Shown: piece after piece, positions 35,049-46,911 of the stretch | Position numbering within the stretch: the stretch's first letter is position 1 | How the letters are laid out: every line of letters starts with the position of its first letter | Source of the DNA: the human T2T-CHM13v2.0 reference genome, Homo sapiens | Assembly (NCBI RefSeq): GCF_009914755.1 | Contig: NC_060938.1 | Direction: 5' to 3' (one strand) | DNA length: 64,000 nt | Notes under the pieces: generated by a model | Database searches by the model: none | The model's input: the letters and a program-made list of their open reading frames with translations, nothing else | What the model was told of the DNA's origin: nothing | Program-made: the position numbers and the translations under genes

Positions 35049-38000
35049 CTGGGAAATGGTGGTGCTGGGACTCAGACGTGGTCTTTGTGTCTCCTAACCC
35101 CCCCTGCTCACAGCCCTACTTATGGAGGAGGCCCATCTCCACCTGTTTTCCAGCCTCCTGTTGCATATCGGCTCCCCCATCGCGATTCTCAGCTTTACTT
35201 CTTGGCCATGTCCTCAGTTCTGTTGCTCCTCTCATTGTCAAGTCTTGTCCACAGCAGGGCCTGGGCTGGCTAGAGACAAACACAAGAGACCAGGTCTTTA
35301 TAGCTCTTGTGACATGAAGCAGAATCTTCAGGTTTGACCATTCCTCTCTTTTTTCCATCAAATCCATGGAGAGTACTTTTACATGATGAGTTCAAGAGTG
35401 CCCGTGCTAAATCCTCCAGAGGGGAGAACCTATTTTAGGGCTGGAGGAGTTTCACTGGGCTTGTACAGATTGCAGTGTGAGTATTGGAGAGTTTGGGAGG
35501 TTTGGTGAGAACTGAAATTCCGCAGAGCATCACTGGGCCATGAGACTTGACCAGACCTCCTCTTGCATTGGCAGGGCTAGGCCAGAGTCCCTAACTATGC
35601 CCTGAAATGTCTGGGTCACACCAGACTTTCCAAACATACCATCACGAACATCCCTGCTCAAAACAAGGTTGATAGTAGTAACGTCTCCGGGATTCCATTT
35701 TCCTTGTTATGTGAGCAGCTTGCTTGCATGCATCTGAAGAGGTAGAATGTGAAGAATGAAAATGGAAGTCTTGTGCACGCGTGCATGTTTTAAACGAAGC
35801 AGGTTGTATTAACCTTCCTCCAGGAACACAGAGAGAAAGCTCTGTCAGCATTCTGTCATGCTATAGTCTGTTAGGAGGATTGTGATTAATAGCAAATCAT
35901 CCAGCATTCAGCACTGACAAAAGTAAAAGAGAGTTAAATCTCCCCAGAATCATTATAGAGATCAGGGTTTGTATGCTGTAACTCCTTGGATTCTGTCCCC
36001 ATTTAATACAGAAGACAGGATCAGGATAGGACAAAGCCAATCCCATTTAGTTTTGTGAGACTGTCCCACATGTGACTGTACATGGTGTTTCAGCTTTCAG
36101 GAAGAGGCACGAGCACTTCTCCACCTCCACACAGTTGTGACAGGAGCGGGTGAATGAGGATGCGAGCAGGAGAGTGGCCTTAGATGGATGAGGACCACTG
36201 CCCAGGGAGATCTTAGACTGCTTTGATTTTTATTTGACCAGAAAGAAAGAGAGGCTCAGTATTCTAGGGTGTCTGTTTCCAGTGACAGGGACTATACAAA
36301 GAAAAGGCACCATGTTCTCTGCAATGGAAAAAGATAGGTGGAGTTGTAGAGTTGCTCCAGTCTTTGTAACCCAGAACACAGCAGGTTGTGGCCTGGGATG
36401 ACTGGTGACTGTCTGTGCTTTCCTAAATAGAAGGCTGTGGTTCATTTCTCCGTTTGAAGGCTGGCAGGTAGCTGTTGCCTAGGTGAGATGGGAAGGGACA
36501 GGCATGTTTGTGCATCTGAAGTTGGACTTAGGACGTCACTTGGCCCTCAGTTGGAGAAGTCTTTTCCTTCTGACACATCACACATGGAGATAAGTTTCTA
36601 AAGGAGGACTTGAGGCAGCAAAACCTACATAGGGCAGAAATCTGGGGAAGAGGTAATAGGGAATCCTCTGACCCTCGCAAGAGGCAAACTTCATGGCCAA
36701 GTGACGCGTTTTCCTTTCGTGCTTTAGGCTCTACCAGCTTTCTGAACATTCAGAGATGTCCGGTGTGTGTGTGCGCATGTGCACACATCTCTGTGTGTGT
36801 GTACTTGTCTATATACACATGCAGGAGGACACAATGTGATTCCTGAGTCCAAAAGTGTGGTTGACAGACTAGGTTTACCTAAAAGACCCTTCAAGAGAAA
36901 GCTCTTGAAAGATGATTACAGAATTGAGACACCATCATTTAAAAGTGCCCAAGGCGAACTCCTTTGAAAATTGCAGCAGCGGAGGGACAGAGAAAGAGCC
37001 CCGCCGCCCTTGATTGTTGTGCTGCTCCCTCAGGACCCGTTCTCCCCCTCCCCCCGTTTCTCATCTGATAAGAGAGCGAGCAGCAGTAAGACTCCTCATC
37101 TGTCTTATGAAAATTCGATTCCGAGTGGCTGTGATCAAAACCAGCTGGCTGTCACCAGCAGTGGCCTTGTGCAGAGGGAGCCGCTCAGAAGCATTCCGTA
37201 TGTGGGGGTGTCACGGGTGGCACTGATCAAAGGAGCATTTTTTTAATAAATATATATAAGGAAAAATACAAAACCTAAGGATTTAGAATAAAAGCAGTGT
37301 AGTTTGTCTTGTTTTTCTCAGTGTAACATGAAGAGGATGAAATAGAATCAGATATGCCTGGTTTCTAATGTTCTTCCACTGGCGGCTCTGAGAAGGTGCT
37401 CTCTGTCACATTAATACCAGATCACTCATCTTGGGCCTTATTGAAGAGAGTGGAGAGTTCCTCAGCTTCCGTTCCTTCTAGCCACTTTATTTCTTCATCA
37501 CGTTTAAAGTCCTTTACCCCTCCTTGTCCTTAACACATTTCCACAGATGAAAGCTGGGACCTCCACGAGGCTCTGAGAGAGCTACTGCAGGACTCCGTTC
37601 TTCGTTTCCTTCAATTGACAGTATCCAGCGGGCCATACTCCCTAAAGGTCACCTGGGCAGGTGACGCCAGGGTCCTCTTCAGAATGGGGTCATCTGAGAC
37701 TGCTAGACTCTTCCCTATAGAGAGTCCTCTCAGGGCACTGCCTGACTCTCAGGCCTGCAAGGCTGAGTCCTGGCTGCTGCCACCTTGCATTGCCAATACT
37801 GATTCTTGTATAACCTTCAGTGGACCTGGGTGGGATGACAGGAACATTGCTGTCTAGGGGATGACATTCGTGGCTCCTTCAGAAACATGCTAACATCCCT
37901 CTGTGGGTAACATAATGAGGTCCAGCATTCATACACCATAGTGTCTCCAGAGCCAAGTCGACGTGCTTGTAAACCCCCTTCTTTGCTGAAGATCCAGCCA

Positions 38001-39782
38001 GATCACAACTGTGCTGAGGCCTGACTGACCTCAGAAACCAAACTCAGTCCAAACCCCCCTCCCCAACCCATTGTCAGCCAAGAGAGCTGTCACAGCTTAG
38101 GGGGCTGTGAGGAGCAGTCAGCTATTTTGATCTTCCTCCTCTTAAGGTCTGTGATCTTTTTTCCCCAGCAGTATCAGGAGAGATTCAGTTTGGAGGAGCA
38201 TGGAGGCATTTCAACGTATGGGCACCCCAAACTGGCACTGCAGAACAGGGCCTCCTCTCTCTGTCTCCCCATCGCATGCCTCCTCAGGGACCTGCTCCTG
38301 CATGGCTCCTGACCATATGCCCCGCTGTGTCTGCAGGGCCACACGCATGCTGCGTATGGTCAGTCCTGTTCCACACCTTTTGCAGCATGGCTCCGTAGCC
38401 ACTGTCGCAGTTTTCAGACTCTTTTTCTCCTACCTGCCAGTAACGAGCACAGCCCTGGACCCAGCTCTAATCAGGTGAAATCACAAGGGACACATCTTCA
38501 TAAAGCAGACCTGCTAGAGACCTGAGACGTGTTTGTGCCCCTTTTCCCCTGATTCGAGGAGTGCAGGGGACCGCTCGGGAGCTCCTCTGAGACTGCCTCT
38601 TTCCCTTGTTCCTTTGGGTGTTTGAAGCCTGTTGCCTCCTGCTTTCCCTTTTCTTTTCCCTTTTAAAAAATTCTCCATTTTTTGACTTAGAAAAAAATTA
38701 TTTATACGATTGAGATCCACTAATTAAAGCCATTTTCTGGTATTTGGTTACTGGAGCGTTTGATGTCTCTCTGACAAGACCATGAAATGCATGGAGTGTC
38801 CACAGGGACAGAATTTGCTGAACACGGCTCTTTGTAAATGAGGGGACATAGTGTCGCAGCAGCTCATGAATATGAAACGCCCATGATGCCACCTCAGTGG
38901 ACTTGGGAACACAGATGAATCCTGTCATGTGCTAAATGAGACCAATTTCTTTCACTTAACTTCATCTTCAATCAGACCTTCTTCCATTTGCCTGTTTAAA
39001 ATTCCCCATACGTGATGCAGAAGGTAACAGCATTCAGTAAAACAAAGTTTTGTAGCTGCAGAGAAAAATTATAATGATCTCTGGTTTTAAGTTGTCATCT
39101 CCTAAAAACACGGGCATTGTTTTCTTGCACTTGAGAGCTCTGAATGTCTGTTGACTTTGCACACAGAATCAGGGGTTTGTCTGGACTGCTCTTATTGGGG
39201 TGTCCTTAAGCAGCATGTCCAGATCGCTTTCATGTGGATTGGTTGTTGAACTTGGCTGTGTATGGTGGATATGAGCCTTGAGCAGCCTGTGAGTGCTCTG
39301 CAGTGGCCAGGGCACTGAGTGGGAAAGAAATTTGGGAAGAGATTGTGTGTAACCAAACGGCATTTGCCTTTGGAAGCTCACTGAGTAAATGGAGTGGGGT
39401 GGTGTCATCATTAAGCACCCTGAGGAAGCTGGAAAGCTAAGCCAACCGTTTGTATCATTCGCTCAGATGTCAAGGTGAGAAAGTGCTGGAGTACAGAAGA
39501 GACTTTATGTAGTTCTCTAGAAGCCCTTCTGAACATGACCAGGGAATCCTATTCAGAAATCCCCAACCAAGAAAATTAGCAAAGAGTTAAGGGTTACAGA
39601 GAGGAAAAAGCTCCCTGCCTGAGGCATCTCTGCCTGGGTGGGACCCAGGGGCCAGATTGGGGTGTCTCCTTTGTTCTCTCCCTGCTGGAGTTAGATTTAT
39701 ACTCCAGGTGAAGAGCTGGGTAGTGCTTGGGGTATACTCATTGCAAGCTGAGTCCAATCTAAGAAGTCACTTTCTGTTCTAG

Positions 39783-39877
39783 CGGTACCCAAACAGGCAA
39801 ACAACAGCTGGATCTGAACGCATGCTATCACAAAACGCATCACAGAGATTTGGGGCTGGCTTCATTGGAAGAGGCAG
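39783..39877 (+). CDS. IFT43: IFT43 alternative exon (95 nt, phase 2-1): (N)[31 protein letters not shown](D)
   Basis: TTTCTGTTCTAG acceptor, CAG|GTAGGC donor, stop-free in the required frame. Replacing exons 4+5 (80 nt) adds 15 nt, matching the recalled 213-aa versus 208-aa isoforms. Confidence 0.85.
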
Positions 39878-41559
39878 GTAGGCTTTTGACTGTCAGTCTA
39901 CGGGAACTGAAAAGGATCCTTCTGGGACTTTGCTAGGTAATTAGCATTTTAGTGTGCGCATGTGATGATATTATCCGTAATGAATGTATTTCAGGCCAAA
40001 TGGCAGTTGCCCTCACATCCAACAGCTCACATCTTTGAAACCAGTTGTAATTGATCTATTGGTATTCTATAAGTTTCTATTTATTTAGGCAGCACCCATT
40101 TATTTCTGTGGTATCATCTGCTGAACGATTTTTTGGGTAGATGTGTTGGGTGTCGGCAGAGTAGTGATCTAGTATCAAAATGGGTTTCCCATTTGGCAAT
40201 CTCTCTTTTTGAAATGGATTTGTACTGCTGTTGCTGTGCGTTAATAAGCCTCTGTTGGGTGGTTCCAGAATGTGGAGATTGGTGAAAAGCAGTGTGACCC
40301 AGCCTCAGGTTGGAAGCCAGATGGGCCATACTGGACCAAGTTTGAATGACTCTTCCTCTGAAACTTTGTCTCCACACATCCCTTGTTTCTTGGATATGCA
40401 CAGGGCTCTCCCAGGGGGCCTTGCAGCTCTGAAGGAAGCCAAAGTCTTTGCTATGATGTTATCAAATCCAGGAAGTAGCCAAGGATTACTCTTATTTGTT
40501 CTTGTGAAATGAATCCTACTCAGGCAGCTTTAGGACTCAGTAGCGATTCTAACTGGAACAATGTAGAGAAGTAGAGAAGGTTGACATGGCTCTTCTGTGT
40601 GTGTCACTTCCTGACCTGAGGAGCATCTGTTGAATGCAGTTCTATTCAGTTGTTCCTAATTTTTCCAGTCCTTGGAATGCACAGATGCCTGGGATGTGGC
40701 ATTGCTGTCAGCTAGTTCACCATCCAGGGGGCAGACTTGGGGCAAATTTCATGGATTCTACCTCCTACAAGGTAGTGAGGGCTACCCTGTGGCCACGAAT
40801 AAAGTATTATGGAAGGATAAAGTAGGAAGCTCTTATTTCTGCTTGTTAGATTCAGAAGTGATCCACTAAGGAAGAGACATGCATTTTCTATCCTGCTTAC
40901 TCCCTCTGGATTTCCCCCCATCATGCCTTGGAAGGGATCTGGCATAGCCCAACCACAACGTCCCGCCTTCAGTCTCTCCAGTGTTTCCAGTTACTTCTCA
41001 CCGCCGAGCACCTTTGCACATGTTGTTCCCCGCCTGGCTGAATCCTGATTCTCCTTCAGCTTCAGCTGCCCTGTCCTCAATGCAGAAATACGTATTCTTC
41101 CTTCTTTAACTCCTCAACCCTAACCCTACTAACCCTAATCCCACACCCCCAAATTAAATCCTCTCTGGACTAGATTAAATGCATTGTGGAGCAGTGTTCA
41201 ATAGAATATTAGAAGGTCATTTAAAAGAAGTAAAATACATCTATATGTTGATAAGGAAAGATACAAGCAAGGTGCAGAACAGTGTCTGTGTAGTGTGATC
41301 CCATTTGTGAGCATTTTTAAAAGGACATATGTGCTGTGTTATTTGCGAATTCTTTTCAGCAAATAAATATGAAAAAATCGTTAACAGTGATTACTTCTAG
41401 GGAGATGACTGGGTCTCACGGAAGGGACATTTTTCATTTTAAACCTTTCTATAGCATTTGAATTTATTACTACCTATAATGTTACTTTTGTTTTAGAAAA
41501 ATAATTAGGTTTCCCTGTTGCTTTCCATCATGAAATCCAGTTGGTTTCCTTCTTTGTGT

Positions 41560-41735
41560 GTATTTTAATTTGTAAGCAGTACCTTTCTTTGTGTTTATTA
41601 GCCTCCACCAGACTGGTGCCCCATGAAGACAGGGACCATGTCTATTTTATTTGCTGTTGTTACTGGCATGGTACCTTTCACATAGTGGGTGTTCCATCAG
41701 TATCCTTGAACAAATGAATGAAAGAATGAATGAAC
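41560..41735. mobile_element. L2 3' end
   Basis: ccatgaagacagggaccatgtct...tgaacaaatgaatgaaagaatgaatgaa. Confidence 0.75.
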
Positions 41736-44700
41736 AAGCAGACAGATGGAGTTTCCTCACAGCGTGGCTGACCAGGCCCCACGTGGGACAGAGAAGCAGG
41801 TTGAACAGCTGTGAGATAGCCAACGTCAAGGCAGGGAGCAGTGCACAAGGCAAGGAAGGAGTCTTCTGTTTAAGCATCAGAGCTGGGGCAGAGAGCAGTG
41901 CGGCCGTGTGACGGTGGCACTACCTGCCGGGGAAGCTGGGGATACCGGCTCCCATGGTGCCGGGGGTGTCACAGCCCTCTTACCTCACCTTCCCCTCCTC
42001 GGGCTTTTCAAGGTGCCTGGCCACCTCCTCCTCCTTGGGGCTAGTTTAATAAGATAGGGTTGGTGGAGGTGGAGTCTCTGGGACTCTGATGTGGTGCCTT
42101 TTTTCCATTCTGCCCCATTTAGCCTTGTAGAGAAGTAGCGAGTCAGGGTGTATGGTAAGGGAGAGGACTTAGCATATCTCTAGTTATTGGAATCGAGAGA
42201 AAGACCCCAGAAGAGAGGACATTAAGTTTCACAGGACATTACGTGAAAGCTGTCTCGACCATGGGCAGCTGTCTCACCCCTTCACTATAGGAGGAGGCGT
42301 CTTTGAAGGCATTTCACTTTTGAGAAGAAAGCCCATGTGGGGCATGGCAGGGCTCAGGCATCGCAGCCACATTGAAGTCCATTACTCATAGATTCACTCC
42401 ATGCAAGCTGCTTAATCTTGCTTAGCCTCAGTGTTCTCTTCTGAAAATGGCCATCACTGGGCAGGAGAAAATGAAGGTGGAGCCATGTAGTTTCTCTACA
42501 TATGTAATATTATAATATCGGTGAAGTCCATAAGAATGGTTATTGAATATTATATACTGATCACAGTGCTAGTATTTCATAAAGATCATTGCATTTAATA
42601 CAGCAACTGACTGGGTGGGCGTGAGTCTGATCTTCATTTTATTGATGAAGAAATTGAGGCATAGAGAGAAAAAGTCACACAACTAGTAGGTCGTGGAGCC
42701 GGGATTTGGAGTGGACCCTCCTTCCTCCAGAGCCTGCTTCTTAACCATGGAGCAAGGAGTTCTACATGGCATGCCCCTGACCTCATTGCAGCTGTTCATG
42801 TTCTTCTCCGTTTTAGCAACATTGAAGAAAAGGAAAATAAAATAAACATAATTTTTGGATTTTTTAAAATGGTGGTTGCTTTTCAAAAGTACCAGAACCG
42901 ACTCCTGTCTTCCTTGTATTGTCTCTGTTAAAATCGTGTGCTTTGCATGTCAGACTTTACAACCTGAATCAGGCTACATCACCAGTCCACCTTTGCAGGT
43001 CACCACTGTCTCTTACTGGAGGCAGGCCGGATCACTGCTCATAGGTAATTTTGTGAAGAAGCTAGTTTCCTAAGTCTATTTTCTTTTTTCTGTGTTCGTT
43101 CATGGTATACGTGAGAGTGGGGGAGTGGGGAGGGGGGAAGGAGATAAAAAGAAAAAAAAAATTCCCCAGAACATATTATGTGCTCATGAGCACTTGCCTG
43201 TGATTGTAAATCAGAAACTGTAAAATTGTGAAGTTCTTTGAAGTTTGCCCAAAACCTGCTCTGCAGACACCTGTTCTGCTGGGGGCCGGAGTTGGATGGC
43301 CTGCCTCTGCTGCGATGGCTCAAGCTGTCACTGCACAAGAATGTTCCAGCTTGCCTTGGCCTGGCTGTCATCGCTGGCTCTGTCCCACTCAGGCGGTTCA
43401 CCGGGTTCTGCTGGGCACCAGGCTTCCAATTAGAGAGAAATCCCACTGTGTGGCCAGCCCCACCAGCGCCGCTCTGAGCAGCCCCTTTGCCAAGGCCCGA
43501 GCTGACCTCTGATCTGTCACAGATGGGCCAGCCCCACACTCTTTGTGCACATTTGGAGGAGGGGGTTGGGGACGAAGAGGGAAGCCTGTGGGGAGTGAGA
43601 GTGGACATCGGGCAGAAGTGCAATTCCTCAGAGCCCCAAGACGCTGGGCAGAGTTGACAGGACCCAAATGCTAAAGTTGTGGAGGGAAAGGGGAGTTTGG
43701 GAAGACCCTGTCCTGAGCCCTAAACTCAGCACAGTGCATTTTCTTACCAACTTCTGAATATTCATCTCAGGCTGGATTCTGCACCCGAGGAGAGCCAGGC
43801 ACACTCCAAAACTGTCACACTGCCGATGGTGCGTGGCACAGCCAGCTTCCTCCCTGTCCCTCCATAGGGCCTGTGCAGTCTTACCAGCCTGGGGAACGGC
43901 ATTCTCAGCAGCCTGCACAATGGACTGTATTAATCACGTAGAACGAGAGGGAAAAAGAAAGCTAAATTTCTATTAGCATAAGAAATAGAATCTTAGAGCA
44001 TTCCATCTCCAATTCTCTAGCAGGATAGAGAGATATAATCTAAGCTCTGAACAGCTGCTTTCTAGCTATAAGACTTGCTAAATGTGGTTCATTATTTGGG
44101 GGGTGGTGGATGTGTCTCTGCTTTATTTTCCCTAGCAGCAATTTCTTTCTATTTTTATCCCTTTTCACTCTTTTTATCCCTTGTTTTCTCTGCCTGTCTC
44201 TTTCTGTTGAATTTTCTCTGTGTCTGTCTCTCCTTTGCATGCTCTCTTTTTCCAGGTACAACATCTGTGCCTCCACAGTCGGAAGTCATAATAAAGACAC
44301 CAGGCTTGGAACTGACATTTCCATCCTCTGGCGTCACTTGACTAGAGTGATCAAAAGTCGAAATCACGAATTGCCTGAAAGTGGCAAGGGCCTTCTCAGC
44401 TGTTGTTGAAATGATTTGCACCTCTTTGAAAACTAAGATTGAATTCAGTCCATGAAAGCAGAAATGAAAGATGTCTTCACCAGTCTACCTTTGGGATTTC
44501 TCCTTCTTTCCGTGTTTACAGTTGCTTTGGGAATTCCAGGACTGTCTCACCCCACCAGGCCTTTTTTCTTGCACCATCCCTCCCTTCTCCCCCACCCCTG
44601 ACCGTTTAAAACAAAATGTCTCAACCAGTCAGTGATACTCACTTGGAGAAGGAAATGTTTCTTTAGGATGTTAGGTTGACCCATGAGAACATGGACAATT

Positions 44701-45179
44701 TTTGGTCACTTAAGCAAGTTGCCACAATTAAGGGATGGACTGGTTTCCCAGTTCTCTGTTTGCATGATTTTGTTGGACTGGTGGAAGAAATGGCCTCGTG
44801 TCTCCTCGTATGTTGTCTGGAGAGTTCAGAGATGGAAAATCTTGAGACAGCAAGAAAAGCATGATTGTAGAATCAGCATCCCTGATTACATTAGACCTGG
44901 CAAATGGACGCCTGGATCCCAGGGAGTCAGGCTATGTCATTAGATGGAAGATGCCCTTGAGATGCAGGCTGAGGGCCCTGATGATTGCACTGCGGGGCTA
45001 ATGCACATAGAGATCTGGGTCATGAGGAGTGGCACTCACTGCGGCATCCGCTTTGTGACACTACATGTTCTCAGTTCCTCTGTCTCTGACCATGCCAGGC
45101 TCACTTGTCAGTTCCTCTTCTTTCCTCTAATAAGCCCTTTGTTACATTTATTTCTTTACATTTCTCCTTGGAGATCCAC

Positions 45180-45310
45180 TGCAGTGGCTTCTAACCTGTT
45201 GCACGCGTCAGAATCACCAAGGAACGCCTGGGAAAAAAATCTGGATGCTTGAGCGTGACCCAGGAGGTTCTATCTCAGCAGGTTCTGGAATGAGGCCTGG
45301 GATTCAGACA
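45180..45310. mobile_element. MER5-like fragment
   Basis: gcagtggcttctaacc...cagaatcacc...cagcaggttctggaatgaggcctgggatt. Confidence 0.55.
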
Positions 45311-45443
45311 TCGTTGAAACTCCACCTTTGATCCTACCCCTAGTTTGTATCTGAGTGTCCTTCCTGCCCCAGCCCACAGCCCCATGGCTGGTGTGTTGAA
45401 GGGGAATGAGTAAGAAGTGGAGAAGCAGGCACAATCCCTATGA

Positions 45444-45554
<111 letters not shown>

Positions 45555-45802
45555 TAGGTTAAATCAGATATGATTGGGGAGGCAAAGAACACGTGAATTA
45601 ATACACTCCAGATATCATCTATAGTGGACCTTGATGTCAATCTGGATCTTTCTGGTGTTGGGCTCCATCCAGGGTTCCCATTTTGTTATTCCCATTCTGG
45701 TCATCCCCTGCTGTATACAAGGTTCTGGGGACGGTGGCCCGGCAGCACTCCTGGAACAGGTCCTGCCTGGGGTTCCCGCCTCTCGCTCTCTCTTTCCTTC
45801 AG

Positions 45803-45878
45803 CATCCAGATAAAGCGGGTGATGACCTACCGTGACCTGGACAATGACCTCATGAAGTACTCAGCCATTCAGACACTG
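45803..45878 (+). CDS. IFT43: IFT43 coding exon (exon 7, 76 nt): [25 protein letters not shown]
   Basis: CTCTTTCCTTCAG acceptor; CTG|GTGAGT donor; peptide visible in track ORF 45624..45902. Confidence 0.97.
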
Positions 45879-46412
45879 GTGAGTGGAACAGCTTCTGCAT
45901 AGAGAGGCGGGCTCCAAGCAATGGGCTTCAATCCGTAGAGATTTCTCAGTTCCTCCCAAGCTATACAGCGCCTCCACCAGTCCCCTGAGGCTGCCTGCCT
46001 GGCACCCATACCTCTGCTGCAGGTTTTATCATCATTCATCTCACAGCAACCCTGGACCCAACATAGTACAGTGTTTCTCAGTGCCAGGCTCCCACCTGCC
46101 TCCATGGCTGCCCACTTGGCACCTGATGGCACCCCACTCCCCTCTGTCCCTGTGGCTGTACTGCTGTCACACTCGGTCCTCCTGGTATGGTCCTTTGCCC
46201 CAAAGCACGCCCAGCATGTGGGAAGCATAGCCTTCCCTCATTTCTCAGTGGGCATGTGGTTCATTCATGATTTTACTCTCTTGTGAAGGCATTCCTGCAG
46301 GTCTCAGTTTGGGAAGTTCTGACACACAAAAACTGATCCCGGTTTTGTGAGAAAGAGTTGCCTGAAAGCCCTCAAGGTGCTCAGCCTGACCTTTTTTTGT
46401 TTGCATTCACAG

Positions 46413-46475
46413 GATGGGGAGATCGACCTGAAACTCCTCACCAAAGTGCTCGCGCCGGAGCACGAAGTCCGGGAG
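46413..46475 (+). CDS. IFT43: IFT43 coding exon (exon 8, 63 nt): [21 protein letters not shown]
   Basis: TTTGCATTCACAG acceptor; GAG|GTACAG donor; phase 0-0. Confidence 0.97.
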
Positions 46476-46643
46476 GTACAGTGGTGGCAGCAATTCCCCG
46501 GTCTCTCAGCTCTGGCATTCCCATAACCAGCCGACTCCCGGGCTGGCCTGTGCCTCCCTGAGGCCTGGATGGGAGGGAGAAGTCAGCTACAGTTGAGGGA
46601 AAAGGCCTTTCTTTGTCTTACCCAGCGAAACCCTTCTTGGCAG

Positions 46644-46763
46644 GATGATGTCGGCTGGGACTGGGACCATCTGTTCACTGAGGTGTCCTCAGAGGTCCTC
46701 ACTGAGTGGGACCCACTGCAGACGGAGAAGGAGGACCCTGCGGGGCAGGCCAGGCACACCTGA
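46644..46763 (+). CDS. IFT43: IFT43 last coding exon: [39 protein letters not shown]
   Basis: CTTCTTGGCAG acceptor; W-x-W motif; TGA ends 46763; peptide visible in track ORF 46569..46763. Confidence 0.97.
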   Translation, partial: DDVGWDWDHLFTEVSSEVLTEWDPLQTEKEDPAGQARHT

Positions 46764-46858
46764 GCCCGTCACCCATGCTCTAGACATGAAGAAATGCAAT
46801 GAGCTTAAAGCTAAAGAAGCTTGTAAGCAGCTCCGAATTTTTACCTGGAATATTTTGT

Positions 46859-46911
46859 AATAAAAATATTTATATTCAGTCAACCACATTGGATAATTCA
46901 ATTGCAATAAA
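46859..46911 (+). terminator. IFT43: Two AATAAA polyadenylation signals of IFT43 (46859-46864, 46906-46911)
   Basis: Canonical hexamers about 95 and 145 nt after the stop, followed by U/C-rich sequence. Confidence 0.8.

Noticed and set aside
35774-35785. 12-bp perfect palindrome TGCACGCGTGCA
   Set aside because: Palindromes of this length are expected by chance in 64 kb; no supporting context.
43039-43623. Longest track ORF (194 aa, - strand) and overlapping ORFs
   Set aside because: No recognisable domain, appears to lack an ATG start, S/P/G/A-rich composition typical of GC-rich non-coding DNA, and no supporting splice structure.
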